Source: Podarcis muralis (Eukaryota). Taken from it: a stretch of DNA of 64,000 nucleotides. The notes below the pieces were generated by a model. That model was not told the origin of the DNA and searched no databases. It worked only from the letters and a program-made list of their open reading frames with translations. Shown here in pieces: positions 37,772 to 51,044 of the stretch; position 1 is the stretch's first letter; every line of letters begins with the position of its first letter. The translations under genes were made by a program, and so were the position numbers. The stretch spans positions 95,790,001 to 95,854,000 of the forward strand of contig NC_135660.1 in NCBI RefSeq assembly GCF_964188315.1. Reading direction: 5' to 3'.

Positions 37772-39146
37772 CACCATACAGGTTCTACTGAAAACAGCTC
37801 AGCTGGACACATGACTTCCTGGTGCATTTTGTTAACAGAATCATGTTTCCAAAATCAATTTTAGGGTAATACCTTCATTACGTCAAGGCTGCTGTTGAAG
37901 CCATGGCTTCTGCATCTGGTCACAGCTTGAAGACAGAAAGAGGGATGAGATAGCAGGTGTTTAATGGAGACCATTTAGGTGCTATGTAGGCAACTATGTA
38001 GGAACCTATATTTATATGGGTACCTACTGAGAAGATTCATAAAAAAACAACTGTAGGAAAAGGAATTATTGTGAAAATAAGAATTTGGGGTGGGGTGGGG
38101 TATGTGCCAAAATTTGTCCTCACTCAGGGCACCACATTACCAAAATCTGTCTCTGATGTAGGCATCAGCTTGTAGTATGGCTTGCTAGAAACATGAAAAA
38201 TAACAATAGCTCAGTCACCCTCTTTTTAAAAAAATCCAAAAAGCTACCCAATTTGGCTGCTCTTGACTTTTCCCCCAGCACACCACCTAAAATTAATTTC
38301 CACCTTTGCTAACATAAGGACTTCCTAGTTTCTCTTGATTCCAGTTTTCTACCAGTCAAGGGGCTTACGCATGTCACTTAAGGATGGAAACGGACCTGGG
38401 TAAAAAGGCTATTCTTGCATTTTTGGAGATGGGTTTAGGGTTGCATCTAAGTGCAGTGCTGGACTTAGCAATACACGTTTTGTCAAATTCATCTTTGCAG
38501 GCATTTGCAATGGGAGAATTTAATCCTTTCTTCCCCTGTTGCAGGGAAACCCCGCCACTGAAGGGATCCCTCCAATGGCAGATTTCCTCCAAATGTGACT
38601 CACAGTTCTGCTTAGAAATACTTCTAAAGAGAGCTACTCTTGCCTTCTGGGAGAAAAAAATGGCAGGTAGCACCACACTATTTCTCCCCCCTCCCTGCCA
38701 AGTCTTCCTGCTCCTTCCCCCCTTTTATTGTGATAATTTGGCATATACCAATTTGGGAAATATATGCTTGACATTTTTTAATAAAAAAATCAGCCCAAGT
38801 AAGAGTTGTGGGTGGTTAGTTGTTTTATTGTGCATCAGTATGCTGGCGCAGGGCTACAGAAAATAATTGCCAACATAAACCTCCCCCCGCCGCAAAATCC
38901 AGGTGGTGTGTTTCTGCAGGAAGGCAGCAATAGCAGCAAAAAGGTTTTATATTGGGGAAGCCAACCTTTAATTATTTTTGCATTCATACACCTGGAGGAA
39001 CAAACATGATTAGGAGGTGTAAAATCTCTTGCCAAAATCCCGAATATTCCCCTTTCTTGCTGGGAGCCCCAGGATTGCAGAATGGAGTGGAATTGAGAGG
39101 ATGGTTTTATCAATTCTCATACATGTGTGCAACTCTGTGTTTCAAA

Positions 39147-39786
39147 CAGTGCTTTTCTCTTTTTTAAAAAATTGTTTAGGGGTACTCTCATTTTCCTACT
39201 CAAATTGAAATACAGTGGTGCCCCGCAAAACGAATGCCTCGCAAGACGGAAAACCCGCTAGACGAAAGGATTTTCCGTTTTGGAGGTGCTTCGCAAAACG
39301 AATTTCCTATGGGCTTGCTTCGCAAGACGAAAATGTCTTGCGAGTTCCTGCAGGCTTTTTTTCCTCCCCCCCCCTTTTCCCAAACCGCTAAGCCGCTTAT
39401 CAGCTGATCCGCTAAGCCGCTTAACAGCTGATCCGCTAAGGCGCTTAACAGCTGATCCGCTATGCCGCTTATCAGCTGATCCGCTAAGCCGCTTAACAGC
39501 TGATCCGCTAAGCCGCTTATCAGCTGATCCGCTAAGCCGCTTAACAGCTGATCGCTAAGCCGCTTAACAGCTGATCCGCTAAGCCGCTAATAGCACTAAT
39601 CCGCTAAGCCACTAATGGGCTTGCTTCGCAAGATGAAAAAACCGCAAGACGAAGAGACTCGCGGAACGGATTCTTTTCGTCTTGCGAGGCACCACTGTAT
39701 TGCCCCTCAATGAGGCCAAACTTAGAGTCACAAAATGTTTAAGGGTATGTACCCCTGTGTGTCCCCCCCCCCCGAAAAAAGCACTG
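39147..39786. mobile_element. hAT MITE carrying a nested Tigger-type MITE
   Basis: TIRs cagtgctttt / aaaagcactg with TSD gtttcaaa / gtttcaac (7 of 8). An uninterrupted family fragment lies at about 31310-31405. Confidence 0.82.
39213..39697. mobile_element. Tigger/pogo-type MITE with an internal 24-bp minisatellite
   Basis: TA-cagtggtgccccgcaa ... ttgcgaggcaccactg-TA. Unit ccgctaagccgctt(a/t)cagctgat-like repeated about 9 times at 39385-39610. Confidence 0.9.
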
Positions 39787-42735
39787 GTTTCAACCATCAC
39801 CAGTTCTAATGGTCCACTCATAATGCATGAAGAAAACTCAGGTGGCTTCTGAATCAGGAAACTGTCTTTAACATGAATATTTTTTCAATCACAGCAAACC
39901 GCCTGTGCCAGAAAACATCTGTTTTTGAATAAGAAGCATTTGTGTTGCTCAGGGGAGAATATGTGTATATACTCTTGATGTATGTAAAAGGGAAGGGGGG
40001 AACTTATAGGCTTCCTTAAAACTCTGCAGAGTAATTGTAACTTGTCAGGGAAAGACGTTATAATTATGTCTACTAGAACCTACATCTCCAGGCACACAAT
40101 GGAATCCATCTTTTCATAGGTAGTTTTATTCTTCAATACCATGTATTAGTACGTGCGGTTTTATTGCCCCTTATTTCTTTTAAAAAAAAAACAAAGCAAA
40201 AGGAGAAAGCTGTTTTATATTAGTTCAGGGGGGGGGGGACACAAAATCTCACACCCTTTGCATTCCCAAAGTGGATACTATTTAGGTGTAAGCTGGGCTG
40301 GCAGCGTGTCTCGTAAATACAAATTTCACAATTTGGTGTTGGCAGAGTGGGGGGCGATATGGAAAATAAACCTGAGCAGCCTCCGAGCTCACAGTGAAGC
40401 TCCTCACAAGGGGACATCCCCTGGCAGGATTGAACTTGCCTGCTCTTGCTTGGGAGGAGGGAAGAAGAATACATAGGATCTCCTCCTTTCCCCACCTCCA
40501 ACCTCATGCTAAAAATAGGGTGTTAGAAACCCTTAGTCCTGCCTCCAGATTGCTTCGGATAAAGGGCAGGCGGTCCTTGATTGCCCAGGATGGGTCACCC
40601 AAAGTGGGGGGCGTGGATTGAGGCCCTGGGCTGGATCAGGGGGGCAGTGCAGAGTCTCAATATTTGTGATGAACGTTCATGTGTGAACATGTTCCCAAGT
40701 AACTCCAGAGTATTACTTCATAGTTTCATGAAGACTTGTGCCTGAAAGGCATTGCTTAACACAGGATGTGCAGTTGTTATGACTTGATTTAGTAAGAGCG
40801 CCGTGATGCTAACCTTCCACTGACAAGACAAAGCCCAGTAGGCATGAATGGGACTAATGATGACCATAGGAAAACTGTAGACACTGATGTTGTATCTTAC
40901 GCACCTACCTTATGCACAGCTTCATGAACTTTCTCTCATGGTCAGTGATTGTAATTTTGTTAATCTATTTGATAATGAATTTCTATTTATGAAAGACCTC
41001 CTGGAAAGATCAATTGGAAGGGGGATCTCCTGTTTTAATTAGCCTCTTGCCATTGCCCACTAGCTGTATAGTAACATTTGTTAAATTTATTTTGCCACGT
41101 TATTGTGTCCAAAATTAATTGTTCCTATTAGAGCAAGAGCGGCAGCAAGGACGTTTGATACAATGGTGTGTCAAATTTGACAAATGTTTTTGTGATAGGC
41201 AGGAAGGCATTATGACTCATATGCCACATGGACACTTTCCTCTGACTTGAGGTCTCTTCTGGCAGCTGATAAAATCGCTTTGTCCATATTAAAATGCAAA
41301 CCTCCAGCCCCTGGAGTTGCAAATGTGCTCTGAAATCACCAAACTCAAATTTATGATGTTTTAACATCTTGTGGCAATTAAGTTAATTGGACTGACACTT
41401 CCAGCACTTTTGATCACCATGGTTCTTGTCTTACATTATTCACAAGATAATGTTGTCTTGCTTGAATGTGCGAAACTTCTATATGTTATCATGTAATAAT
41501 AAATCATCATGGATTGTTGCCTATTATCACCTCTGGCAATTAACCAACAATAGGTGTGAAGATCAAAGGTTGTAAGGCTGTTTGAAGCATGCTCTTTGCA
41601 CATGGTGCAATGGTTATCCCAGTCACTAATATATGAACTTAGCTGGTGTGCAGGGATTTATCAACATTCCTTATATATTAATGGGGAGAGTCATAAAATA
41701 CATGTGGATCTCTGTTTCAGACATTGTAAATATTAGGATTGTAACATTTATTTGATTGATCTACTAAAACTAATTCACTAAGCAACTTTGATGTGCTATA
41801 ATTAATTAAGGAGTCAACTTTGATTTTAAAAATAATAATGCTAATAATTTTAATGTATTTTACATCATCTTAAAAGAAACATGTCTCCTCCTATCCCAGG
41901 AAGGAGTGCCTCCCAAATATTAAGGTCTAAAGAATTGTTTTTTGACGCCAGGCCCAAGTTGTGGAATACAGAGACATCCCTCTGCAAGACTTTTTCAGGC
42001 CAACAGTCCTATTCATTTGTTTATAATTCCCTTTCTTAGATGGCCCAGTCATTCTTCTGTTTATATTCTTTTGCCATATTTTATGTTGCTCACCACAATG
42101 GCATTTTATGTGACTGGGTGGTATATAAATACTTCTATAAATGAATCAAAACAAAATATGCAAATTTAATTGATTATTTAATTGACCAGTCCACATGTGA
42201 CTGACTATGATTTCATGACTTTATTAGAATGTGGTCTAGTGACTATGAAAGGAGAGATCCTTTTTTTTAATACATAAAATATGTATTTTTATTTGCACTA
42301 TCTCTGCACCAAATAGCATTATAAAAACTGGAGAAGTTCATAACCCAATTACTAGTTGAATTGTGATCCACAGGTAAATTGAGTATCAGATGGAGTCAGT
42401 CGATTGCAGAAAGCAGTCCCAAGGAACTACTCCTCCATCGGTACTCCTAAGTTTCTTTTCGTTCACATTTAGGACATTTTGGTCTTTTGCTCCTTCAAAG
42501 CAAATTCTGAGTCTAACAACTTTGACTTTGTTTGGTTGAACTTCGGATTAAATTTGCTAAATCCCCTCCTCTTGAGAATTCGGTTAATTCCCGTATTGGG
42601 GATGGGGACACATTTGCCACACCCTCCTTCCCTGCAAGAAGAGGAGAAATGGACAGCCCCTCAGGGGTAATGTGGGCAAGGACATGGGGCAATTTGCCCA
42701 ATGGGGGGAAGTGGTGATCAGGCTATTTAAGCCTG

Positions 42736-43219
42736 TGTGGTGATCACACAGGGTCCCCGGACGTTTGACGGTCTATTGATCCCTGTGCCACCACTGTGAT
42801 TGCTTCCCCGCTGCCACCAACCCGTTTCTCTCGGGTACACACTGAGTCCAGACAGTTGTTGACATTAAACCAAATGAACAAGTTTATTTTATAAGCATTA
42901 ACAAGTTTATGGTTTCAGATAATTTTTCTTGTCAGTTTCTTAATCTTAGTTTATTTACCGGCCTATACCTTCCTAATAACTTCTAACTGATTATCCCAGC
43001 TGTCTATCTGACTCCTCTTAACAGATTCTCTCACATCAAACTATCTCAACCCACAGACTTATCCTCCCTCTCTCTTCTCTAACACCCAAGTGACTCCTTA
43101 ACAACACTAACTCTAACTCTAACTCCTCCCCTTAGGTTCCCACTGGCCAATCACTTCACACTCATTTAACCCTTTCCTTATGGCCCAGCATGATGTCACC
43201 TAGGAGGACAAACGCCACA
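42736..43219 (-). mobile_element. Solo LTR (484 bp) with perfect 5-bp TSD
   Basis: Termini TGTGG...CCACA, GCCTG at 42731-42735 and 43220-43224, and minus-strand AATAAA (tttatt near 42884). Confidence 0.85.
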
Positions 43220-45010
43220 GCCTGCTTCACCCAACACTCTCTCCTCTTCTCATTGAGACAGCTACCCTCCCACCCCTTTTTCAGCGTGAGCTCTGCTAGT
43301 TGCCTTCTTTGAGGGGACTGAGTAGGACTTTGGGGGGGGGGTAGCACTAATTGGTGCATGTCACATTATTTTTGCCTACTTCACACTGTTGGGTTTTGTC
43401 ACCATGACTGGAGTGGCGTTTGGTTAGGATTTGGCTAATTGTCATTTGGTCTGGGTGGGTGTGTGGATTTTAGAAAATATCTGACTAATATTGGAGCCAC
43501 AGTGGTGTTTGGGAGCTGAAATGCTCCCATCAACCCACCTCACCACCCAAACCTCATTGGTTTTGGTGAATTTGATTGAATTATTCTGACTGGCAGATTC
43601 TGTAGTTGTTATGCTGTATTTTAATAACTGCAACTTGTTACCCATCTTTCTTGTCTCACGTCTTCTTGGGAGTGTTGACAAGTGTCCTTTTCTGCCTTAT
43701 TGGAACTTTGAATAAAATTGCATCCTGGGAAATGCATTTATTTTCAACAGGACAAAACCAAGGCTGAAGACAGAGTCTCGTAGAAAGACAGCCCTTGAAT
43801 CACTAGATTTCAATAATTAATAAAAAGCTGGTGCTGGTTCTGCTGTTATTTCCTGTGATGCATGAACTTTCTCCATCTCTCCATAGGCTCACCGTACACA
43901 GGAAATCCAAAAAACAAAGTGGAATGGGGTGATCTTGAAAGCTAAAAAATAATAATAATTGGATATTGCAGTTTTGTATATACTCCAATAAGTTATTTAA
44001 CAAAGTAGCAACTTCTCTGTTAAAGCAATTACTGTCCACAATTCCTCATCCAAATGTATCATGAAAACTGGGGAGGGGGAAGAGAATAAGTTAAGGTACA
44101 AGGCTAATAAGGAAAGCGCTCAGTTGGATTGATTTTAGGATAGTGGATCTTATTGCTTGCATATGCTGTCCACTTAATAATTTGCCTAGAAGGAACACTC
44201 GCTGCAAAAGCATAGCATTTATTTTTCCAGAGGTCACCATATGTAAGCCAGATAGCAGCACAAGTGATATATTATACATGACAACCCTGAATGTTGCTAC
44301 ACAAAGAGATTCCAATTCTCAATGTCCTCCGAGAATTGTTCAATATCCTTGATGGTATCTTATGTCTGGAATACCGAGAATATGGCATTTTTGAAGTCCT
44401 TACTAATCAGTCAAGGATAACATGACATTCATGCAGTTTTGGGATTGCCCTGTTTCTGCTGGATTACGCTGGTCACTCAGATGGAAGAAGCATGAGATCC
44501 TTTGGCATCTGGAGGATCCTTTTTCTCTGAAATGATCTCAGCAACATATACATAAGATCTCAGCAACTTAGATTTTTCATGCTAAGAAATTTGACCAGTT
44601 CCTTAAAAAGAAGCCAACAGTATATCAAACTAATCAAATACTTTGAGTCAGTGAGTTGCTGAGATGTCCTGTCTGCTAGCTCAGAGGCTCCATCCATCTG
44701 TTTCTCTTGTCGGGCTGCTCTCCCCACAACTCCCATACAGAGCGAAAGGGAGTGTGTGTGTTTCTTAAATCCAAATAATTGTGCAGCTATATCTATGCAC
44801 TCAAGGGAACATTGGACGTGTTTTCTCCCCACGTGCCAGAATGATGACACAAGATATATATGCGGTTAAAAGGAACCACAGCTTCATGAAAGCTTCCATG
44901 GGTATGAAATAAGCAAAGCAATGCAAAACCTACTGAGCTGCAACCAAAAAGTCTGTGCTTCTTTAATGCTTAAAGTGAGAGTCATGGGGGTGCTGTCCTG
45001 TTGTTTTGCG

Positions 45011-45701
45011 TGTGAAGACCCCCAAACCCCCTCCAAAATGAATCACACAGGACACAGAATATTTGTTTAAGATTTTTTGGCATTAATTTGGCCACAACTT
45101 TATTGAGTGTGGTTGCTTAGGCATGTGAGTGGTTGCTTAGGCATTGGTTCGGACTACCTCCTGCCAACCTAGCAGTTCAAAAGCACGTCAAAGTGCAAGT
45201 AGATAAATAGGTACCACTCCAGTGGGAAAGTAAACGGCATTTCTGTATGCTGCTCTGGTTCACCAGAAGTGGCTTAGTCATGTTGGCCACATGACCTGGA
45301 AGCTGTACGCCGGCTCCCTTGGCCAATAAAGTGAGATGAGCACCACAACCCCAGAGTCGTCCACGACTGGACCTAATGGTCAGGGGTCCCTTTACCTTTA
45401 CCTGAACCTAAACCTGCACGGTGGCAGGAACAGGACTGACAACTGGAGTTCCAGAGGTCAGTAAGGGAAAACATACTGGTGGAGCACAGAGGCAGATTTC
45501 CACCTCTTAGTTCACCCCAGATGCTCCCAGGAACTCTGGCATGGCTCTACCCCTGAGAGGGGATCGGACAGAGCAAATTGAGCCCCTGGATTCCTTTAAT
45601 GGAATTCCCTAGCAGCAGCAACCAAAAATGAGGGGCAGGCACAGCCAATCCAAAATCCCCTCCACCAAAGAATGAACCAATGTCTAACCACCAACCTTAC
45701 A
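45011..45701 (-). mobile_element. Probable solo LTR interrupted by a Sauria SINE fragment (45158-45402, +)
   Basis: TG...CA ends (tgtgaag / ccttaca), minus-strand AATAAA at about 45100 and CCAAT boxes near the right end. SINE ends ggggtccctttacctttac. No TSD recognised. Confidence 0.55.
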
Positions 45702-46004
45702 AAGTTGCTCTCTCCCTCCTATCAAGCCAAATGGCAAGCCACATCTGAAACTAATTATGCACACACACAAAACATCCATAAGGGATTCCTAAACCCATGG
45801 AAATACTGAAAGTAACTGTTTTGGCCATGGTCCTTGTATTCTACTCTTAGCTGAGCTGTTCTTCCACCCCATCAAACCAACATAACATAGTAACAAGGAC
45901 CAGGTTCCTTTTTCACATGGCTGTGGTTTGTTGTTGCTTCCTGTATCACACGGTTATTGTTGTTTTAGATTGGATTAATCATCCTTTCATTATGCACTAC
46001 ATTA

Positions 46005-46230
46005 CAGTGGTACCTCAGGTTAAGTACTTAATTCGTTCCGGAGGTCCATTCTTAACCTGAAACTGTTCTTAACCTGAAGCACCACTTTAGCTAATGGGGC
46101 CTCCTGCTGCTGCTGTGCTGCCAGAGCCTGATTTCTGTTCTCATCCTGAAGCAAAGTTCTTAACCTGAAGCACTATTTCTGGGTTAGCGGAGTCTGTAAC
46201 CTGAAGCGTATGTTACCGGAGGTACCACTG
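46005..46230. mobile_element. Tigger/pogo-type MITE
   Basis: TA-cagtggtacctcaggtt ... ccggaggtaccactg-TA. Confidence 0.9.
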
Positions 46231-46583
46231 TATTTTAGGAACACTCTGTTTTAGTCACCCTCTTCAGAATTCATTCCAACCGAGGTCAAGTAATAACTTG
46301 CCTTGGTGATGCAAAAGATCTTAAAGAATATTGGTGTTGAGTTTAACAGTAGCTTGCAGGACTTGTGCCATTCTCTATTACTGTCATGAGGCATTGACAT
46401 AAAATGTTGTTATATTAATTTACTTTGAAAGGCTTAGAGATTAGAAAACATACCCTTGAAATCCCCAGTCACTTCCTAGAGTTTGAAAATAAAGATAATA
46501 ATAATCTCAGGATAGCAAAAGCTGTTGCAGGAAAATGTTTTCCTCCCACCCAATTTCATAGCCCCATTCAGAGGCCACAAAAG

Positions 46584-46587
<4 letters not shown>

Positions 46588-46648
<61 letters not shown>
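46588..46648. repeat. Compound (CT)n(GT)n(GA)n microsatellite
   Basis: Direct reading. Confidence 0.9.
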
Positions 46649-46651
<3 letters not shown>

Positions 46652-47420
46652 TCAATTATTTCAGCAGATGGAGTGAATTTTGTGAACAGGGTGTCAATAG
46701 CTATCCTCCCGAATGCATTTTGTTGTGTCCAGAATGGTGTCATGTAACTCCGTTCTAAGGGCATTCTAGGCAAAACAAAATGGCAGCAGACACCCAAATG
46801 CAGACAGGAGGAGTGCTACTGGTGACTACTGTCCCAACCACAACTTTTGTCATCTCCACCCAAAAATGCAGGTGAGGGAAGGCAGTTTAACTTTCTTTGT
46901 TCTCTCCTCCTCAACCTCACCACCAGCTCCTAAATTCAGGGGTTGGGAAACAGTTTGGTATTAGATTCGTAAAGGGAAAACCAACTGAAAATGAGTAAGA
47001 TCAATCTAAGAGTGGGGAAAAAATGGAAGTGAGATTCTGCAGTTTATTTACAACATGGAGTGTGTGTTTTGTGTGCGGTGCAACTATTAATTTATTTGCC
47101 AAAGCAGAAAGGAGATCTCTTGGGCCGTAGGTTAAGACATCATATGCTTTGGATGTGGAAGGTCCCCAACTGCAGTCCATGGTTATGAAAAGGAAATCTG
47201 GATAGGAAAGATTCTTGACTAACCATTGGAGGAGCTGCTGCAAATCAGAGCCAAGAGGAGGCAGGACTTCCTCTTTAGTGTTTTACTATCATGTACGTAG
47301 ATATGTATGGCCTAGAAGCCAAAGACTCAGCTGAACCTTTCCTGAGAAGTCAGAACTAACTATACATTTAGTTTTTCAGGCCTGTAACACTTCAGATTAT
47401 GAGAAGGGACCACATTGACC

Positions 47421-47464
<44 letters not shown>
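47421..47464. repeat. (ATCT)n microsatellite abutting the Penelope 3' end
   Basis: Direct reading. Confidence 0.92.
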
Positions 47465-47465
<1 letters not shown>

Positions 47466-47651
47466 ACAGATAGGTAGCCGTGTTGGTCTGCCATAGTCAA
47501 AACAAAAAAAATTCCTTCCAGTAGCACCTTAAAGACCAACTAAGTTAGTTCTTGGTATGAGCTTTCGTGTGCATGTGGTATCTGAAGAAGTGTGCATGCA
47601 CACGAAAGCTCATACCAAGAACTAACTTAGTTGGTCTTTAAGGTGCTACTG
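47466..47651. mobile_element. Penelope-like insertion, tail-to-tail inverted copies, running into the gap
   Basis: 47466-47575 is a minus-strand copy truncated within stem II of the ribozyme. From 47576 on is a plus-strand copy. The arms are exact reverse complements up to the N run. Confidence 0.85.
47576..47617 (+). ncRNA. Minimal type I hammerhead ribozyme fold with intact consensus
   Basis: Stem I UGGUAU (47576-81) / AUACCA (47612-17), CUGAAGA (47582-88) plus A, stem II GUGUGC-AU-GCACAC, GAAA (47604-07), AGCU palindrome. Predicted cleavage after C47611. Confidence 0.72.
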
Positions 47652-48036
47652 NNNNNNNNNNNNNNNNNNNNNNNNNNNNNNNNNNNNNNNNNNNNNNNNN
47701 NNNNNNNNNNNNNNNNNNNNNNNNNNNNNNNNNNNNNNNNNNNNNNNNNNNNNNNNNNNNNNNNNNNNNNNNNNNNNNNNNNNNNNNNNNNNNNNNNNNN
47801 NNNNNNNNNNNNNNNNNNNNNNNNNNNNNNNNNNNNNNNNNNNNNNNNNNNNNNNNNNNNNNNNNNNNNNNNNNNNNNNNNNNNNNNNNNNNNNNNNNNN
47901 NNNNNNNNNNNNNNNNNNNNNNNNNNNNNNNNNNNNNNNNNNNNNNNNNNNNNNNNNNNNNNNNNNNNNNNNNNNNNNNNNNNNNNNNNNNNNNNNNNNN
48001 NNNNNNNNNNNNNNNNNNNNNNNNNNNNNNNNNNNN
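47652..48036. other. Assembly gap (N run)
   Basis: Run of N starting inside the Penelope palindrome. Confidence 1.
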
Positions 48037-49133
48037 AGTTTTCACTTAGTCCCCTGTTTTTTTATGCCAAGAAGTATTTAAAAATGCAATCTATTACCTA
48101 CAGTCTAGAGAATAATAGCCCCAGAAGGCTGTACCATATGATTATACTAAATATATAAATCAGCCTTCAGCCATTTAAGCCAGTTTGGAAAATAGTACAT
48201 ATTGTAATTTTTTTTTTAACTACCAGAACAAAAATGAAACATATTGCAGTAGACTGAGTCAAACATCAGAAATGCTTCTCTTGTCCAAATTTATTTAATC
48301 TGGGTTTCCCTCCTTTTAATGGCTGTTTCTCATTAGTGCTTTCATTAATAAAATTTGTTGAGTTCATTCTTTGATCCAAACACCCTTCCCTTTTATGAGT
48401 CTCCCCCCCCCCCAACAAAAACCTCAGCTTGCCCTTCTGGGGTGTCTGAATAAGTGAGTCCTACTGTTCTACTAATGAGATGGGTAAACTGAATTAAATA
48501 AGAACACGAATCCTTGGCATTTAAACGTCAACCTAAACAATCCCAAATCGCCCACAGAATGTGCAAATTAACCTTATGTTTTGGTGTGTTTTCCCACAGC
48601 CACACACTCGAGACAACTGCTCTTTTGTGGCAATTGCCCTACATTTCCCTCAACTGTTTCACTTCCGTTATCTCGGCACTTTGCATCCCATAATTCATGG
48701 GGATGGATTAGTGCAGCTATGCATATGAGGCCGTGAATGTGGGATAACCTCTGTAGAAAAGGGTAATTCTGCGCTAACAAGTAAGGGGCCAATTTCTGCT
48801 AAGGGTACTGGGAGGAAAATTACGTTCTCTGTCTTTCCAGTCTGGTTCTCAAAAGTTCTGCATGCAGAAGTAGAAAAACAAGCCAACTCAAATGAAGTGT
48901 AGATGAAGTAACATAAAACTTGGGATTTATTCTTTTATTATTATTGATTAAATTTCTGAACCACACTTCCTACGGGAATCACAGGGCAATATAATACAAC
49001 GCAAAAACACAAAAATGCATACCATGGTAACAAACAAAATTTAGTTTGTTTGCTGAACTGATGGACTAATAATTCATTCCCAGTCGTCTCTATGCTTGGT
49101 TAGATTAATTATTTCTTCCTTCTTCCTCTGCAG

Positions 49134-49227
49134 GACAATATTTTTAAGCTGGAAGATTCACATTTTGAAAACGGCAGAGGAAAAAGCCCCTATGACCCCA
49201 AACTGCTGACAGCTTCTCTTTTAATAG
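49134..49227 (+). CDS. SEMA3A: Semaphorin-3A coding exon (exon 5), 94 bp, DNIFKLEDSHFENGRGKSPYDPKLLTASLLI + G
   Basis: cttcctctgcAG acceptor and GTAGGA donor at 49228. ENGRGKSPYDP is diagnostic of SEMA3A. The phase-1 end joins the next exon to form the Asp codon G|AT. Confidence 0.98.
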
Positions 49228-49682
49228 GTAGGATTTATTTATTTGTTTGTTTATTTTCATAAAATAGGCTTTATCTATAGGTACCTGCTTCTTCCTGTTC
49301 CTGATGGTTATCAGAGCCTCTGCTTCCTTATTTCAACATCTTCCCAGGGAGAAATGGAATGTGGTTTTGTTTGGCTGCACCACAAGTGAAGACACGCTTA
49401 ATCCTACACAACAATAGCAACCCATAATTTCTGATGATAGACATGCCACTTGGGAAATTCCAATCTTTACAATAGTGCAATCATTACACTATGAATGTGA
49501 ACTTATGGACAATGGCAACGATGCAAAATTCTGGTTCTTAAATCATGCACATGGTCTTTGTGTTCAGGGCAGACTCTCCCCTTCAGATTTTCTTCACTGT
49601 GTGCTTCTCCCCATGCATAAGCAGCAGCAGGAAGGAACATGAGAGGGGGAGCAAAGTGGCTGTGCCATTCTCTACCCCCTTA

Positions 49683-50054
49683 AAGGTAAAGGTAAAGGTT
49701 GAGGACTCCTGACAGTTAAGTCCAGTCACAAACAACTCTGGGGTTGCGGCTCTCATCTCGCTTTACTGGCCGAGGGAGCCAGCGTTTGTCTGCAGACAGT
49801 TTTTCTGGGTCATGTGGCCAGCATGACTAAGCCGCTTCTGGAGAACCAGAGCAGCGCACGGAAATGTCGTTTACCTTCCTGCCGGAGCGGTACCTATTTA
49901 TCTACTTGCACATGACGTGCTTTCGAACTGCTAGGTTGGCAGGAGCAGGGACCGAGCAACGGGAGCTCACCCCGTCGCAGGGTTTGAACCGCCTACTTTC
50001 TGATTGGCAAGCCCTAGGCTCTGTGGTTTAGACCACAGCGCCACCCGCATCCCA
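49683..50054 (-). mobile_element. Sauria SINE (second subfamily) with 13-bp TSD
   Basis: CTCTACCCCCTTA at 49670-49682 and 50055-50067, with an (AGGTAA)n tail. Confidence 0.93.
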
Positions 50055-51044
50055 CTCTACCCCCTTACCTAAGAATAATTCTGGGAGCCATGGTGCCTGA
50101 ATAGGCTGTAGAAGGTTCCTGTTCAAAAACCTAACAGGCTCCTGCCCTTGCTAGAAAATTGTGGACATGCAACAAAGTTAGAATTTGAACATGTGTGGAG
50201 GCAATTGGTATTTCATTATCATGAAGGCCCAGGAAATTCAAAAAGTGATTAGTGGCATGATGTTACTTGAGCAACAAAGATACGCATTTTAAAGAAAGAA
50301 CATTGCTCCCTATTTTCTAGATGTTCTTCAGGGGACGGAAAGCATTTCAATATGAGTTTCTCTTCTTCTGCACCTAAGAAGAGTAATTCTGACTTTTAAC
50401 CAACCCTTGATTCTTTTTCCTGCATCTGAAAGTTCAGGTGATTACTCCCCTGAGGTCCCGGCCTTGCTGCAACTTGCACCCTGTATTTACTCAAAACAGA
50501 AGGGAGAGAAAGTACGCCTGAAAAGACGGGTATATAAATTAGTGCCTGGGGCAACTTTAATTTTTGGTGCTGCCTCTCCAGAGAGGCTGACTTCCCTATT
50601 TGCATTAATATTCAGTCAAGAAAGAATACGATGACAAGGGCGTCTTACGCAAACCTCATGGCATGTAGCCAAATGAAGTCAATGGAGTGCTGTCTTCTCG
50701 CATTCCTTTTTCATGTGGACTTACAATGATACAATGATTTTGGGTTTTTTGGATTTTCTTCTCTTTTTTCTTTTTTCACAAATCCTTTCTTCTTGTGTGG
50801 AAGACATACGGAATTGGAGGCAAGGTGTTAAGGAAGAGAGAAATCAATATGAAGAGCAGAGGTGATGGCTTTTAACATATTCAGGAGGACAGAAAGCTGC
50901 CTTATATTAGGTCAGACTATTCACCCATCGAGCCTCATATTGTCTATTCTACCAGAGGGGGCATCCACATTAGTGCCTTAGAGCACAATTAAGTCCCCCC
51001 CCCCCGGGCGCCAGTGTGTTTCACAGCTCTTTCACCCATGGAAA

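Noticed and set aside
47631-48158. ORFs spanning the N runs (also 10845..11138)
   Set aside because: Artefacts of untranslatable gaps.
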